Positions 52,169-64,000 of a stretch of 64,000 bases of DNA are shown in pieces. The notes beneath the pieces were generated by a model. The model did not search any database. It had not been told where the DNA came from and worked only from the letters and a program-made list of their open reading frames with translations. Every line of letters starts with the position of its first letter. Positions within the stretch are counted from its first letter, which is position 1. The DNA lies in assembly GCA_030704615.1 (NCBI GenBank), contig CM060734.1, positions 38,130,001 through 38,194,000 of the forward strand, read 5' to 3'. The position numbers and the translations under genes were made by a program. The stretch comes from Takakia lepidozioides (lineage: Eukaryota > Plantae > Bryophyta).

Positions 52169-53810
52169 ATTGACGATATAAATCATAATATATGAATTTT
52201 ACAGATAAATAATGAAGTCCATGTAATGAGGCCACATCGGTTGCCATGTCGGTTCTCATAGTAAATAGTCAATAGTAAAGTAAAAAATAAACATAATTAT
52301 GTACAGTAACGTCCGTTTTGGACGTGACGTGATGCTCGTCCGTCGCTGACGTCAGACGTGACGCTGATGCATCAACGCCACGTCACATCCAAATTTGCAA
52401 CCAGGGCGCAGCGTGGAGCTACACACGAGGGAATTTAATGCGCCCCCATCGGACAAAATCTCAAGCCGCCACAATTTTTCTAAGCCCTGGAATCCATGGC
52501 CAAGGCCCATTGATCTGCCACGTGGCAGGTAACTGTGTGCACCCATCTACACTTGTACTTTTGGATTTTTCTACGAACAAATTCACATTCCTGTTCACCT
52601 TTGGGCATTGCAGGATTGCACCAGAGAAAAGTGCATTTGGTTACAATGTGCAGGATCTATGTAACATTTTCTATGTCACTGCCAAGTGCACCCCCTAATT
52701 GCACATACAAACCAGCTAGTAGATTTTTTTGGAATTTGCCTCCAATTTCATGCGGAGACCTCTAACCCGGCAAGGAATCTGTCTAAGTTGGTCCGGGACT
52801 GAGCAAAAAGATTGTGATGGTAAATTTCCTTGGTCAAAGTGATTTTTTCTGTCCATATTTGCTTGGACTTGATAAATCCACCATTGTAAATCGTTATAAT
52901 CTCCCTAAATGACGGTCATTTCTACTGAAATTTGATCAGTACCTCCGTGGAGTAGGTAAAAACCAGTTAGTACGGCTCAATTCCCTGGATGAACCCCTGC
53001 TGGCTGATACGGGGTTATTCATGACAGTGGGTCCCATTTTTGGGATGTTTTCCAATTTGGCTCCCGGCGCTTAGGGATTAAACTGGTGGAATGGACAAGA
53101 TCTCTTAGTAAGAACAACATATCTTTCTAGAGTACAAACGGTTAGAGGATGCACCCCCAGGCTTCTTTGTCCATCTACTTTTCCTCAATGACATACAAAG
53201 CCTTGAGCACTTCAGGCTCTACTCCAAAAATTGGTGGCCTATCTATCTCCAATCATGGCCCCCTTTCGTTGTCATTTTACTGTACGCTCAATCAAACGCT
53301 TATCCCTCTGAGATACAGGATGAGGCCACTGGCTAAGGATGAGACATGGTCAGGGGCAGAATTGGTTGAATTTTGTCGCCAGGCTCCCCTGGAATACAAG
53401 GAGCTGGTAGCTTACATGTGGGCAGTGGGGCAATTGAAGATTAATCCTACCCCGGCAGTAACCATTGTGATGGGATGCCCAAGTTTTTATATTGGCAGTT
53501 ACTTGTACCAGATGTTCGTGACAATGAGGGGAAGCTAGCAGCGCTATGAGAGTATTGAAAAAGATACTCACTGGGAATTACCCAAATTCCAGCCACCAGA
53601 GAGAGTCGCAGGCACTTCAGCATATATGAATAGGCCACTGTATGCTGAAGCATGGCACCAGGCGAAGGACCACTTTTCACCATTGGTCTTGGACAGAGAC
53701 CACCCTTTCAGAGAAACAAGGGTCCAAACTGTTAACTGGTTAATAGGCAGCAGGGCGACTCAACACATTACCCCCTGGACCAAGGAGGAGCTGCAAACCT
53801 ACTGTCAAGT

Positions 53811-54502
53811 TAAATAAACATAGTGTGAAACTAACTAGAATAAATTTAGTTATTTATATTTAACACTTGGAATTAGTTCAAGTGTTAAGTCAAGTGTCAA
53901 GTTTAGTTTGATACCTGAACCATCTTATCTTCACGAGCTCGTCAGTCGTGCGGCTCATCTCTCTCGAGTTGAGCCTGCATGACCGAGCTCCCTCGTTGCT
54001 TAGCATCTGAGTGTACTTATGGAGGGAGAGTAGGAAGTTGTGGGATGGAGTCCCCATAGCTTGGGGTGCCCCTGGCTTGATTCTTATTTTAACGAGTGAT
54101 TGTATTGTATTTCGTGTTTTTGTGTCAACAGATAGTGTGACTTTAGTTTTCATATCATAAATAAACACAATGTGAAACTAACTAGAATAAATCTAGTTAT
54201 TTGTATTTAACATTTGGAATTAGTTCAAGTGTTAAGTCAGGTATCAAGTTTAGCTTGACACCTGAACCATCTTATCTTCACAAGCTCGTTAGTCATGTGG
54301 TTCATCTCTCTCAAGTTGAGCTGCACGACCGAGCTCCCTTGCTGCTTAGCATCTGAGTGCACTTATGGAGAGAGAGTATGATGTTGTGGGGTGGAGTCCC
54401 CATAGCTTGGGGTGCCCCTGGCTTGACTCTTATTTTAACGAGTGATTATATTGTATTTCGTGTTTTGTGTCAACAGCCAGTGTGAGTTTAGTTTACATAT
54501 CA
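53811..54502. repeat. Head-to-tail ~346-bp tandem duplication (LTR-like units)
   Basis: 53811-54157 and 54158-54502 both run taaataaaca..tgtgaaactaactagaa...catatca. Confidence 0.88.
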
Positions 54503-56779
54503 CTCGAGAGAGATGAGCTTGTATCTGTGAGTGTAGGATATGAGTTTAGTTTTAGCACTTGTGGTTTTGGTTTTGAAGCCTGTGATAGCAAGGTTGTAGA
54601 GATTACCGACATTTAGGTACTCCGTATAGTTAGATGGAACATTTTTAAGCGATTAAGAAGGAGCGGCGATTGTTGTACAGCCACCGCTTGGTAACGGAAG
54701 TTGTTGTCGTATCAACTAGCTTATCAGGTTCAATGCTAGCAATCTTTTGTGGTTGACCAGTGGATGTCGAGCTGTTATGGCAGCAGAACTAGATATGTGT
54801 ATTTGATGCTACAAGGCGGAGCATGAACGTGGCCAAGGGTACTGGCCGTTTGGTGGATATACGCACATACTTTTCGCTATGTGGCATGTCGATGTTGCTT
54901 GCTCTGGTTGGATCAGCTGCCCTTGGAGCTATCTTTGTCATTTAATCATGACTGTAGGCACAAGGCTAGAGGTCGACGGTTGCTGCTCGGCAAGTTGGTG
55001 AAAATCTCGTAGGTATTTTGTTTTCATAAAATATTGCGAACGCTGGATCACCTGGCCGGAAACCCGATTGGCAGCAAACATCATAGTCATTGCATACCGG
55101 GGCTTTCATAAATTTACGAAGAAAGGGGCAACCCGCGAGATTGGGGATTATCGTGCGTTAAGGTGGCTGGCCGTAGCGTTGGACGATACTCCGGGTGCAA
55201 GAATTCTTTTGCTCAGATGGGTTTGGGAGCTGCCACGCTTATTTCCCTGCAAATGGAAAAGATGAGGTTGAACTAAGCACTGCCGCTGATCCAGGTTGTG
55301 AAATAAGCTGAAAAATTAGAAGTCATCGAGCAATTCTGATCAGGATACGATTTGTGAACACGGTCCTTGCATTGCCTCAATCGTTTCTGTTTTATGGGTT
55401 TCGACTTTGATATTTGCTGGTGCTAGGAGATGGGCATTTCTCAAGTACGAGGGTGTCAAGGTGGGAGTTAACAAATCAGAAAACCTCTGTAGGCAAGAGT
55501 CGTGGCATGGGTGTCCCTGGATGGAAGCCTAGTGGGCGAGCACAGCTCCATGGGATTGTAGTCGTTCTGCATTTTAGCATTTTGACTGTGAGAGAGATAA
55601 TTACCTGCATCAGGGTAGTTTCAGAATGGAATGATTTATAAGCTGAAAGCCAATGAAGGCGATTGAAGATTTGAATGAGGGCACGAAGCCAGTACCTGTG
55701 GTTCCTGCGTAGTTGAGATTCGTTAATCGCTGGTTCCCATGATGTCAGGGCAAACTTGAGTGTTTGTAGCGACATGCACCATCCCTACGGTGGCTTAGAA
55801 CGGATGGGGGCCGTGGTGATGGTGGGGCTTTGTTAATCAGCTAGGGCTGTCTAGATATGATCAGAGGTGGGGGCAGCTCATCGATCGTCGAAGACATGAG
55901 ATTTTGAGTGTGATAATTAGAGGCTGGTCGACGAAGAAGTCAGATTTTCAGAGCCGTTGGTGTTAGCAACAGGGACAGAAACGGGCTGGATCATAGCAGG
56001 CATTGGAGAAATGAACCTGAGAATATGGGCCCTAGAGCTACAATGGTGTTACATCTCCAGTGGGAGTTATTATCCGTAGATGTGATCTGCAGCGACGGTG
56101 GAAGTGACAGTGAAATCAGAGGAGAGCAGTATACTAGGAACCAAGAGCAAGCCTGTGGTGGTGCGTTTGTAAACACAAATGAAATCCTGGGAATTATAGT
56201 CGACGCTGCCAATGAGTCTGTGAGAACTACATGAACATGTTTGGAACCCGCAGATAACATGGGAGCAGCTTTTAAAATGGCGAGAACATTTGGGTGTTAA
56301 TAAAATAAATATTAAAAAAAAAACTTTCTTTTATTTAATTTAAATTGTGTAGGGCCTAGTTGGTCATATCTTTGTCAAATAAGCTCCGTTTGACGTAGTT
56401 TTTGGGGGGATAGCTGCAGAAAAGGGAAATCTACTTACCTAGTTCTAGTTTTAGTTTTTTGGACCTGACCAAAAATCTATAGAATTTTTCTAATGTAAAT
56501 TAGATCCTCCCCACATCTATTTGAGGTCTATTGAAGAAGCTGTTTCAAGTCAGGGATGATCACTTAACTTTCTATTTGTAACACACATGTTACTATTTGA
56601 TATTAGTGTATGGCTAGAGAGGAAATGGAGAGTGTCAGGATGAGGGCATGCTGGGGTTAGGAATTGCTTTAGTCTCTCCTCCCCATAGCTTTCCACCTTC
56701 TCGGTAGGCCAAAACCTTTCCATAGGTGGAGGCAAGCGTTAGTCCGGGTTTTTGGGCTGGGGTATTCTGCAAGAGCAAG

Positions 56780-58950
56780 TCAGCATTGGGCTCCACTAAC
56801 TGTTGCAACTGGCTATCCTATAAGAGGCCAGGTCCACCATCCCGGAAAGCATGAGATCCTGGAAAACTGAGCAGTGTAGGCAATGCTGCTTGTGGGTGAC
56901 CCATCTTATTGACCACTGCCAAAGGTGATCGGTCATCGTGTCTCACACGCTGATACTGCCTCCCTATGTCCAAAATGCTATCCACCGTCAGGTTTGGTGG
57001 CCGCTGCACCCCATCAAATGCACGCTTGAGTAGTGCAGGTGGCATCAAGTTGGTCCACCATAGTCGTGGGCGATGAGTCCGTGACCCCACTACAGCTGCA
57101 TCCAACAACACTGCTGACCCAAGTCAAGACCGCACTTGATGTACACTGGCCATCACCTTGGCCCGAGAATCACCCATCAATGGCACATTCTCCAAGATAT
57201 ATGCCGGAGAGTCTGTCTGCTGAAGTTGTAAATAACACAAGACCCTCAACATCTCCCAAAACAGGCGTGACCTTGAGTCTTGTAACCCATTGCCATACCC
57301 GGCTGATGAATGCCCTTGGCAGGGCCAACTTGCCACTACCAAGTGAATAGGGCCAACCCGCTCCAAATCATGCGCCCCCAGCAAAGAGATGTCTGCTGGC
57401 AAGGCTTGTTGGTATCCATGAACTGCAGACACTGGCAACAAATCAGGGTACTGCTGCACCAACTGAGCAACATGGCGTAGTGAGACGCGTTGTGCAGTCT
57501 CATCCCTCTCCACATACAGGTAACGTTGAACTCGTACACCTGCCTGCAGCACTGCAGCCAATCCAGTGCTGATCCTGCCAAACAAGTCCAGAAGGCATAT
57601 GTCTTTATCCGGGCACTGCCACACGAAAGGTGTGGTATCCAATGGTGACAACTAAGGTGGTCCTGGTGCAATCACCGCACTCTCCTCCTCTCCTGATGGT
57701 ACAAAGGTCTCTACCCAGGCTTGTTGCACCCGTCTATCAGCAGCCTGCTGCAAATCCTTGCTCGAACCTCACAATGGAGTGTGAGCAACCATGGCAGGAA
57801 ACTCCGCCGTACCATGCATGTCATCCTGCTCTGCTGAAGGTGGCACATCCTCTGTATGGGCATTGCCCTCCAGCAACTCTCCAGGCCAACTAACTGCAGC
57901 TGTGAAGGCTGCTAGTGTTGGCATCTTGCCCCGTTGGGCAGCAGCAACACCCCCAATGAATGTCACAGGGAACTGTACACGACGACCATCCCCTGACTGC
58001 CATCCAGGCCTGTAGGATGCTGACTCCTCCCAAAAATCCAGGGTGAAGCCCATGGGATACAACACTGCCCTACCAACGAGGACATCGTAAGAGACCGCGT
58101 CTGTCACAATGGCCTTGGCTCGCATCACTGAGCCATCTATAGGATGATCCGGCTGTAGTCTAATGGCCAACTCATGTCGTGTGATGCCCCGAGCTTGCTC
58201 TGATCATCCCAGAGATGTTTGTATCTGGAAAGGATAAGGTTCCATATCTGCCTCCATGAGGCCCAAACCTACAATAGCAGCTCTGCCCAACATCAGTGGC
58301 TGAGCTCCCGAGTCCAACAAGACCCGCAGTGGCCAGTACCTCTTGTCTGCCGGTCCACTCAAAGAGAAAATGTCATCTTGGTTGTCTAACAAGACAACTC
58401 CAGGTGTCACCATGACGTGCTCAAGGGGTGGCCTAGCTGGCAACTCCGTCAACCTGGCAGCTGCAGCTTGCCATGGCGTAGCCGTGACAACCTTGACCCT
58501 TAAATCCAAGGATCCCTCTGCCAGTATACCTTCCACTAACTCCGCAGAAGATGAAGTGACCTCTTCACTATCACAGAGTGTTGGTGCTAGTTTGAACATT
58601 GCAGCTGGTCTTACCCCTGGCGTCATAATCATGGTTGCCAAGAACAGTGGGGCCTGACACACAGAGGTGGCCGTCCCCAACAACACATTGGTTGTACTAG
58701 CCTTGGCAGCAGGTGTCAGTACTGCACGTGTAGCTCTCCCCAATGGCACAATAACGGCCTTTGTTTCGGTATCCGTCGGGCGAGAACTAAGTGCCATGGA
58801 TGTCGTCGACACTGTCTCTGCCAAGATGAATGATTGAGGCAACCTAGCTTGACGGCTTGCCTCCCCACGTTGTGGATCCAACTCCACCTCTGCACCTCGT
58901 GGCTCAAGAACTCGTGCTACTCCTCGAGTGACGGCTCTCGACTCCGACAC
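56780..58950 (-). mobile_element. Retroelement polyprotein remnant: aspartic protease followed in frame by a C5-cytosine methyltransferase domain
   Basis: VLLDSGAQPLMLG...YDVLVG (retropepsin). LDLFGRISTG (I), WPCQGHS (IV), ILENV (VI), HRPRLWWTN (VIII). ORFs 58204-59085, 57769-58170, 57124-57651 and 56818-57111 are all in one frame, separated by stops. Confidence 0.82.
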
Positions 58951-60346
58951 TGACATGCCCACGACAAACATGGCCGAATCAGTGCATTCTTCCTGGCGTG
59001 CCTCCTCTGCGGCGCATCTGGTGGACATCCTCACTGCCACAACGGAGGATATTATGAGGTCAATTATGCAGCAATGCAGGTACAACGAGTTCTTGAAAGG
59101 GAAAGAGTGGGGCTTGGGGCCGGACAGGCAGGAAATGCTGATGCGGACTGCCTCCAGATCAAAGAATCCTCGGAAGTGGGCGGCGGCCTTGCGAGAGGGC
59201 TTTCAGAACACGCCATTGCTTCGAAGAGGCCAACATTTGGAAGGAGATGTTCATACCCATCCAGTGAGACGAAGACTTGACGAGGCACCTGGCGGGGAAG
59301 AGGATTCATGGCGAGCTGACAAGAATATTCGCACGCTCCCTCGTGGTCCCGTGATGTTGCCCGAGGAGGTCTCGTCGAGCACCGCAAGTCCTGCACGTTC
59401 AAGATCGCCATCTCCTTTGAGCACATGGCACGTGCCCGAGGAACATAACGAGCCATCTGTAGTAACGCAGTACAACATACCCATTGTGGAGACAAGAGTG
59501 TCGGAGTCACAGTGGAGAATTGCAAGGACATTGCCGGCATTTCGAGGGAAGTGCTGCGCCATTCGGGTGGATACGAGAGCACGCTGTGGTGGGATGATTC
59601 GGAGAAACCCACATGGTGCTATACCTGCACCTTGTTTCAGCGGCACATTTTTGACTCCCACATTTGCTCACGCCACAACGCAGACGTTTTGGTTCTGTAG
59701 GCACGACATAATGACCTGTGTATTTGGCAAGCCCAAATACGGGATTCAGGGAATGCCGGAGCCTCCGGGCGTCTGGCCTGTTGCACCGGGTTGCAGCCTC
59801 TCTCAGAATGAGGCGGATGCTCTATCTGCAGCAGGATTTCGAATGGTGCAACGCACAGACGTCCCGGCCCACGCATTTCCAGTTCCTCAGACCCAGCCAT
59901 TGCAGACTGCTCGGTCCAGTAGAGACGGATTGGACAATTCTGCACATCCCACAATGCGATTTGGAATAGTGAAGAGACGACACCCTCCCAACAAGTTGAA
60001 TGAAACTCGGATTGCCAATGCTCTTGGGATGACTTGCACTATTCAGAGCTCCGTGGACGTACCTCCACCCGACCTTGGGCGTGTTTATCGGATGGCAACG
60101 GCCGGCTCGGCTGTTCGCGACGATGTATACACAATTACGATTGGAGTGGAGCCGACTTGCAATTGTACGGACTTCTCGTTGATGGAAGCAAAGAAGGGTT
60201 CAAAGTATTATCCGTACAAGCATCTGTATTACATTTACCTGAAGAGGTTGAGGATGAACGTGACTATTGATGACTTTATTCATGCACCGGCGTTGAGCAT
60301 GAACGAGCTGCACAAACTCCTCCTTAGGGATTCCAGAAATCATTGA
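58950..60346 (+). mobile_element. Mutator/MULE-like transposase C-terminal part with SWIM zinc finger, 5'-truncated
   Basis: TTNMAESVH (MULE catalytic-Glu motif) at the start of the ORF. YTITIG..PTCNCTDF...YKHLYYIY (SWIM-like; one Cys is Tyr). Confidence 0.65.
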
Positions 60347-60499
60347 TGGGGCAAAGAGAATACTCCATATGGATATTTTCAATTGCATTTTCATGTGTCA
60401 GATTTTTTTTTTGCAGTGTAATGAAATGCACCCCAAAACTCCTGGAATGAGGCAATATTCCATTCAAATTGAGATCCAACAGAAGCAGTTGTGGGGCCA

Positions 60500-60840
60500 T
60501 TTCTTGAAAAATGGCGCCGAATTTTTCTATTTTGGGCCGAAAACTGGCTAAGTCCCAACATGCACGGGTACCCGTGTCTGGAAAAATGGCGCCGAATTTC
60601 CCTATTTTGGGCCGAAAACTGGCTAAGTCCGAACATGCTCGGGAACGATGTCTGGAAAAATGGCGCCGAATTTCCAGTTACATGGCCCAGAACTGCCCAA
60701 TATCTGTGCAATCTCCGGCACCATGTACCGAATTCGGCGCCACATTTCCAAATTTTGGGCTTACACACCTGTCATGAGGGGACTTATAGCCGCGGAATTC
60801 GGCACCATTTTTTGCCAGAGAGACCTATTACCGCGAAATA
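60500..60840 (+). repeat. MULE-associated subterminal repeats (GAAAAATGGCGCCGAATTT; ~76-bp unit)
   Basis: Three to four copies. A related inverted terminus aaaatggcgccaaatttcgcggtaataggg lies at ~27975-28004. Confidence 0.75.
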
Positions 60841-61314
60841 CGTCCAGAAGCAGGATGGGGTGGTGCCCCTTCTAGAAGGCTCCACCACCGCCTTAAGAGA
60901 TATATAAAGCCGGTAAGGTATATACATTTTACTAGGTTTCTTCTGCCTCCCTTAGTTGGGCTCTGCAAGCATGCCCCCTTAGAAAATTCAAATTTGGAAC
61001 CTGAACCAACTTGAAATAAATAGAAGTGCTACATACAAACCACTCAGCAAGCTATTTTGGTTGATGAGGGCAACTTGACATGATAGAAGACCTGGCAGAT
61101 TTTGATGGCAGATAATGGGATATAATCTAACCCCCGAAAAGTCCAGAATTTCGAGCCAAAGCAAATTACGCCAAAGCAAATTACGGTTTCGTAAAAGTCC
61201 TGCTTGGGGCAGGGCCAACAAACTGGACTATTACATGTAAGAACAAAAGAGGGAAATACTTATGGTGGCAGCAGATATCTCAACTGAATTTCCATACCTA
61301 TTAAGGCTCGGAAG

Positions 61315-63555
61315 TTACACAACAGAAGCAATACCCCCAGCAGCCCACTGCACCGGCATCACGGCCATCAAACCAGTGTGGGGACCCCCTACTTTGCTGT
61401 ACTTCACTTCAAGTCGCAAACGCTCTCCCTGCACAATCTTTGAGACTTCACTCCCAGTGTAGCAGGACACAACTCCAACCACATGGCCCATCTCATTGCC
61501 AGCCTCGTGTCCAGTACCATAGATGGGAGGAGAGTGGCAAATCACACGCCCATCTTCCCCAAACAGAGTACAATCCAGGGCCGAAGCATGCACGTGAGAC
61601 CTTGCGTAGATCACATCGCCTCCAAAGGGGGCAACTACTATCATCTCCCGTGTATCTATACATTCCTGGGAAGAGGGATCACTGTTGCCACAACCCTCAA
61701 CATTGTACTCGCGCACTGTGTAGATGAACGTTTGTTCCAGGGGCACAACACACTCATCCCAGGTAAAATATTCCCATGTGTACTGCACCATACAGCAATT
61801 CCATATTTTGTCAGGAAATGGAAACCTGACTTGATATGGCACATACAAGTACCATCTCAAGTCATCTCTCATCATCAACAATAGCTAAACTTGCATTAGG
61901 GGAAGAACAACAAGTCACTTCAACGTCTACATGCATGCAGGGCAAAACGATGGACAGCCTAAGTACCCCATGCCGCACTCTTCCAAAAACTCACTGAGTA
62001 CTATCTGCAGTTGAAGGTTTACAATTCTGTCAAAAAAAGGGCATTTCAAAGTGAAGTTGCCTGCTGAAAACCAAGTGACAACAGTAAGGGGTAAAGCAGT
62101 TCACCTGTAGGTAGATAGTCATCTCAAGCTCCTCACGTTCAAAGCCCTCCTTCACAGCACAACGCTTCCCATCTGTGCAGCACTCAAGGCCTCCGAGATA
62201 ACTTTCTAATAAGGGATCTCCATTGGAGTCCACAGTCACATTGAAGAGATCACACCTACGAGTCCTCCCAAATTAGAACAACCATACAACAGATGCAAGT
62301 ACCCATTACACAATCATAGTATGATGTGCTCATCACTATCAAGTGAATGAGACGAGTAGCAAAATGGTTCAGGCACTAATGACATCGTGGCAGTACACTG
62401 ACCCACTAGATTCTTCTTTACTTTCTACTTTCCTTCTCGATACTGTTAACACGGCACATGATTACTTTGATAGTCTCTACTTCCGAGCTATCTGTGATGT
62501 CACGAGCAAATTTGATATTACTCTACAGTGTAGTTTGATAAGCTCGCCCTCACTCTTTTTCCCCCATGCCTTTATCTCTCGACAGCGTTTCACAGCACAT
62601 TTAAAAAAGACGTGTGTCCACCTGCCGCACGCTAGGGGGCTGGAGGAGCAGTGCTGCAATCGATCTCATGCTTTTAAAATGACATCAACATCGGCCCATA
62701 AGTTACCACTTAGTTCCCTACAAAGGATTCATGTGGTCGGCTATGGCTCAGTGCCTGCATGTTAATGGAAATTATGGGCTGAGTAAACCAGGCAGGCTCC
62801 ACCCATTGGGAGGGCATTTAGTAACTGGCGGGAGGCCCTTATATTCTGTCTTTCTGAGGAAAACTTCCTCAAAACATTGTTCAGGATTTCCGAGAAGAGC
62901 AGAATAGAACTAACCGACACTCAGTGCACCCCATTTTGTTGACGGCGCCCCGTGTGTCAATGCCGTGGACATTAAGAATCCAGATCGGCTCGTAACCCTC
63001 AGTAAGCATGGAAGGAGCTGCAGTCTCTCTTGCGAAGGGCGCGGGAATAGTGAAATTGGTGCGCCTGGTCTCTGCACCAGCACCAAAGAACTGCATCAAC
63101 CTCTGTCCGTCTGAGAGCTTCACGCCAGTGCCAGCAGCTGCCAGTGAGGCAGCTTGTGAGGTGAAGTAAGACGGAGTGTGCTTCTTCTCCATAGATTTCA
63201 GTAGCATCTCCTTGTGGGTGTCTACATCGTTGCTCGGTACAGCGAACTCATACATGCCCCAGTGGTGAAGGTACACATCGGTCAGAGGCACAGGCACGCC
63301 CTTCTCGTCCACAAGCTCCGCATGGAAGTCCCTAAGTCCCAGACGGCCCTTCGGAGCATCCATCTCGAAATATTTGTTATTCACGTCCCCAGGATGGAAC
63401 GTCAGTGGACGAGACAAAAAGGTTTTCTTCTGCAACCCACTAGCCTGCAGCGATTCACAAGCACTACCTCCCTCCTGCACAAATCCCCGCGCTGCAGCAC
63501 CTCCCCCTACCGCACACAGCAGTGCCACCATCCACAGCTGCGCTCTGCACTCCAT
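61315..63555 (-). CDS. Stress up-regulated Nod19 (SURNod19)-family protein, 3 exons: 63555-62915, 62255-62105, 61782-61315; ~419 aa
   Basis: Signal-peptide-like N-terminus. AELVDEKG.PVPL..VYLHHW, QFFG.GAETRRT, NVHGIDTRG....GCTECR|CDLFNVT, YLGGLECC, TLFGEDGRVICHS.PIYGTG.EAGNE.G.VVG, PHTGLMAV. Canonical GT-AG introns; exon sum 1260 nt. Confidence 0.9.
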
Positions 63556-64000
63556 CACACCTGCTTGCCCCCACCAAACCACCCCCTCTTCAACCAAACT
63601 GCAGCACCGGATCGCCGATCGTCTCTACGAGACCCATCGATGTCATCTAAGTCCAAATGCATTTTTTTTTCCACAGAGCTTACGACCAGATTTGAACCGC
63701 AGACCTTTCCCTTGATATCTCTCTTCTCAAGGCTCCAACCATTGTCCTTGGATTTCCCACTTTGCAATTTTTTGGGATTTTTTCAGCAACCCAAAGTACT
63801 TGAAATTCCACCTTCCCCTCTTTAAAAAAAAAAGGAAGGATATATAATATATATTGGCATGAACATTGATACTAATGAGAGACATCTCCTACTAATGAGA
63901 GACTCCTTCTTCTCGGCTCTCCTGGATGTTCTGGTACCCTAAGGCTTCTCTTCTCTCACTAGGATAATTCCATCAGGCTTCTTGGAACCTTCTAATCTTT

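Larger units (their letters stand above)
23217..53077. mobile_element. Candidate ~30-kb giant DNA transposon with TTAA flanks and inverted arms
   Basis: Left end TTAA|CCCCTAAAGGCCGG. Right end CCGGCGCTTAGGGA|TTAA (11/14 inverted match). Inverted GACGT-rich blocks (~23320-23400 vs ~52320-52415), inverted palindrome arrays, and inward-facing TATATAAGG on both arms. Confidence 0.6.

Noticed and set aside
23217-53077. Calling the giant element a bona fide piggyBac
   Set aside because: The ends are piggyBac-like, but no piggyBac DDD transposase is recognisable inside, so the superfamily is left unassigned.
53811-54502. 3' LTR of the DNMT-bearing retroelement
   Set aside because: The DNMT frame is truncated at ~56780, unrelated sequence intervenes and there is no PPT, so the link cannot be supported.
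61315-63555. SURNod19 as part of a cluster with BAHD/PPO
   Set aside because: It lies ~47 kb away across TE insertions, and the sequence gives no functional link.

Overview
Eukaryotic, intron-containing land-plant DNA. The PLS-type PPR fragments, the secretory-type intron-bearing PPO and the chromoviruses suggest a non-seed plant, but the taxon is inferred. Three apparently intact host genes are present: a BAHD acyltransferase (-) and a polyphenol oxidase (+) arranged head-to-head, and a SURNod19-family gene (-). Most of the rest is nested mobile DNA. The main discovery is a ~30-kb candidate giant DNA transposon (23217-53077). It is bounded by TTAA plus imperfect terminal inverted repeats and has mirror-image arms with ~51-bp-period palindrome arrays and inward TATA boxes. 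Its decayed cargo includes an hAT/DUF659 transposase, a protein-kinase-like gene, two intron-bearing paralogous N4/N6 (amino) DNA-methyltransferase-like genes, a second palindrome array and a head-to-head pair of unknown paralogs. The cargo was scrambled: a CACTA element with a TGG target duplication split one methyltransferase gene, and a ~9.8-kb block was then inverted/relocated into the kinase gene. The window also holds a retroelement polyprotein frame with a C5-cytosine methyltransferase directly after the aspartic protease, a Crypton-like tyrosine recombinase relic, two chromovirus remnants and a MULE/SWIM fragment. All calls were made by eye, with no database searches.
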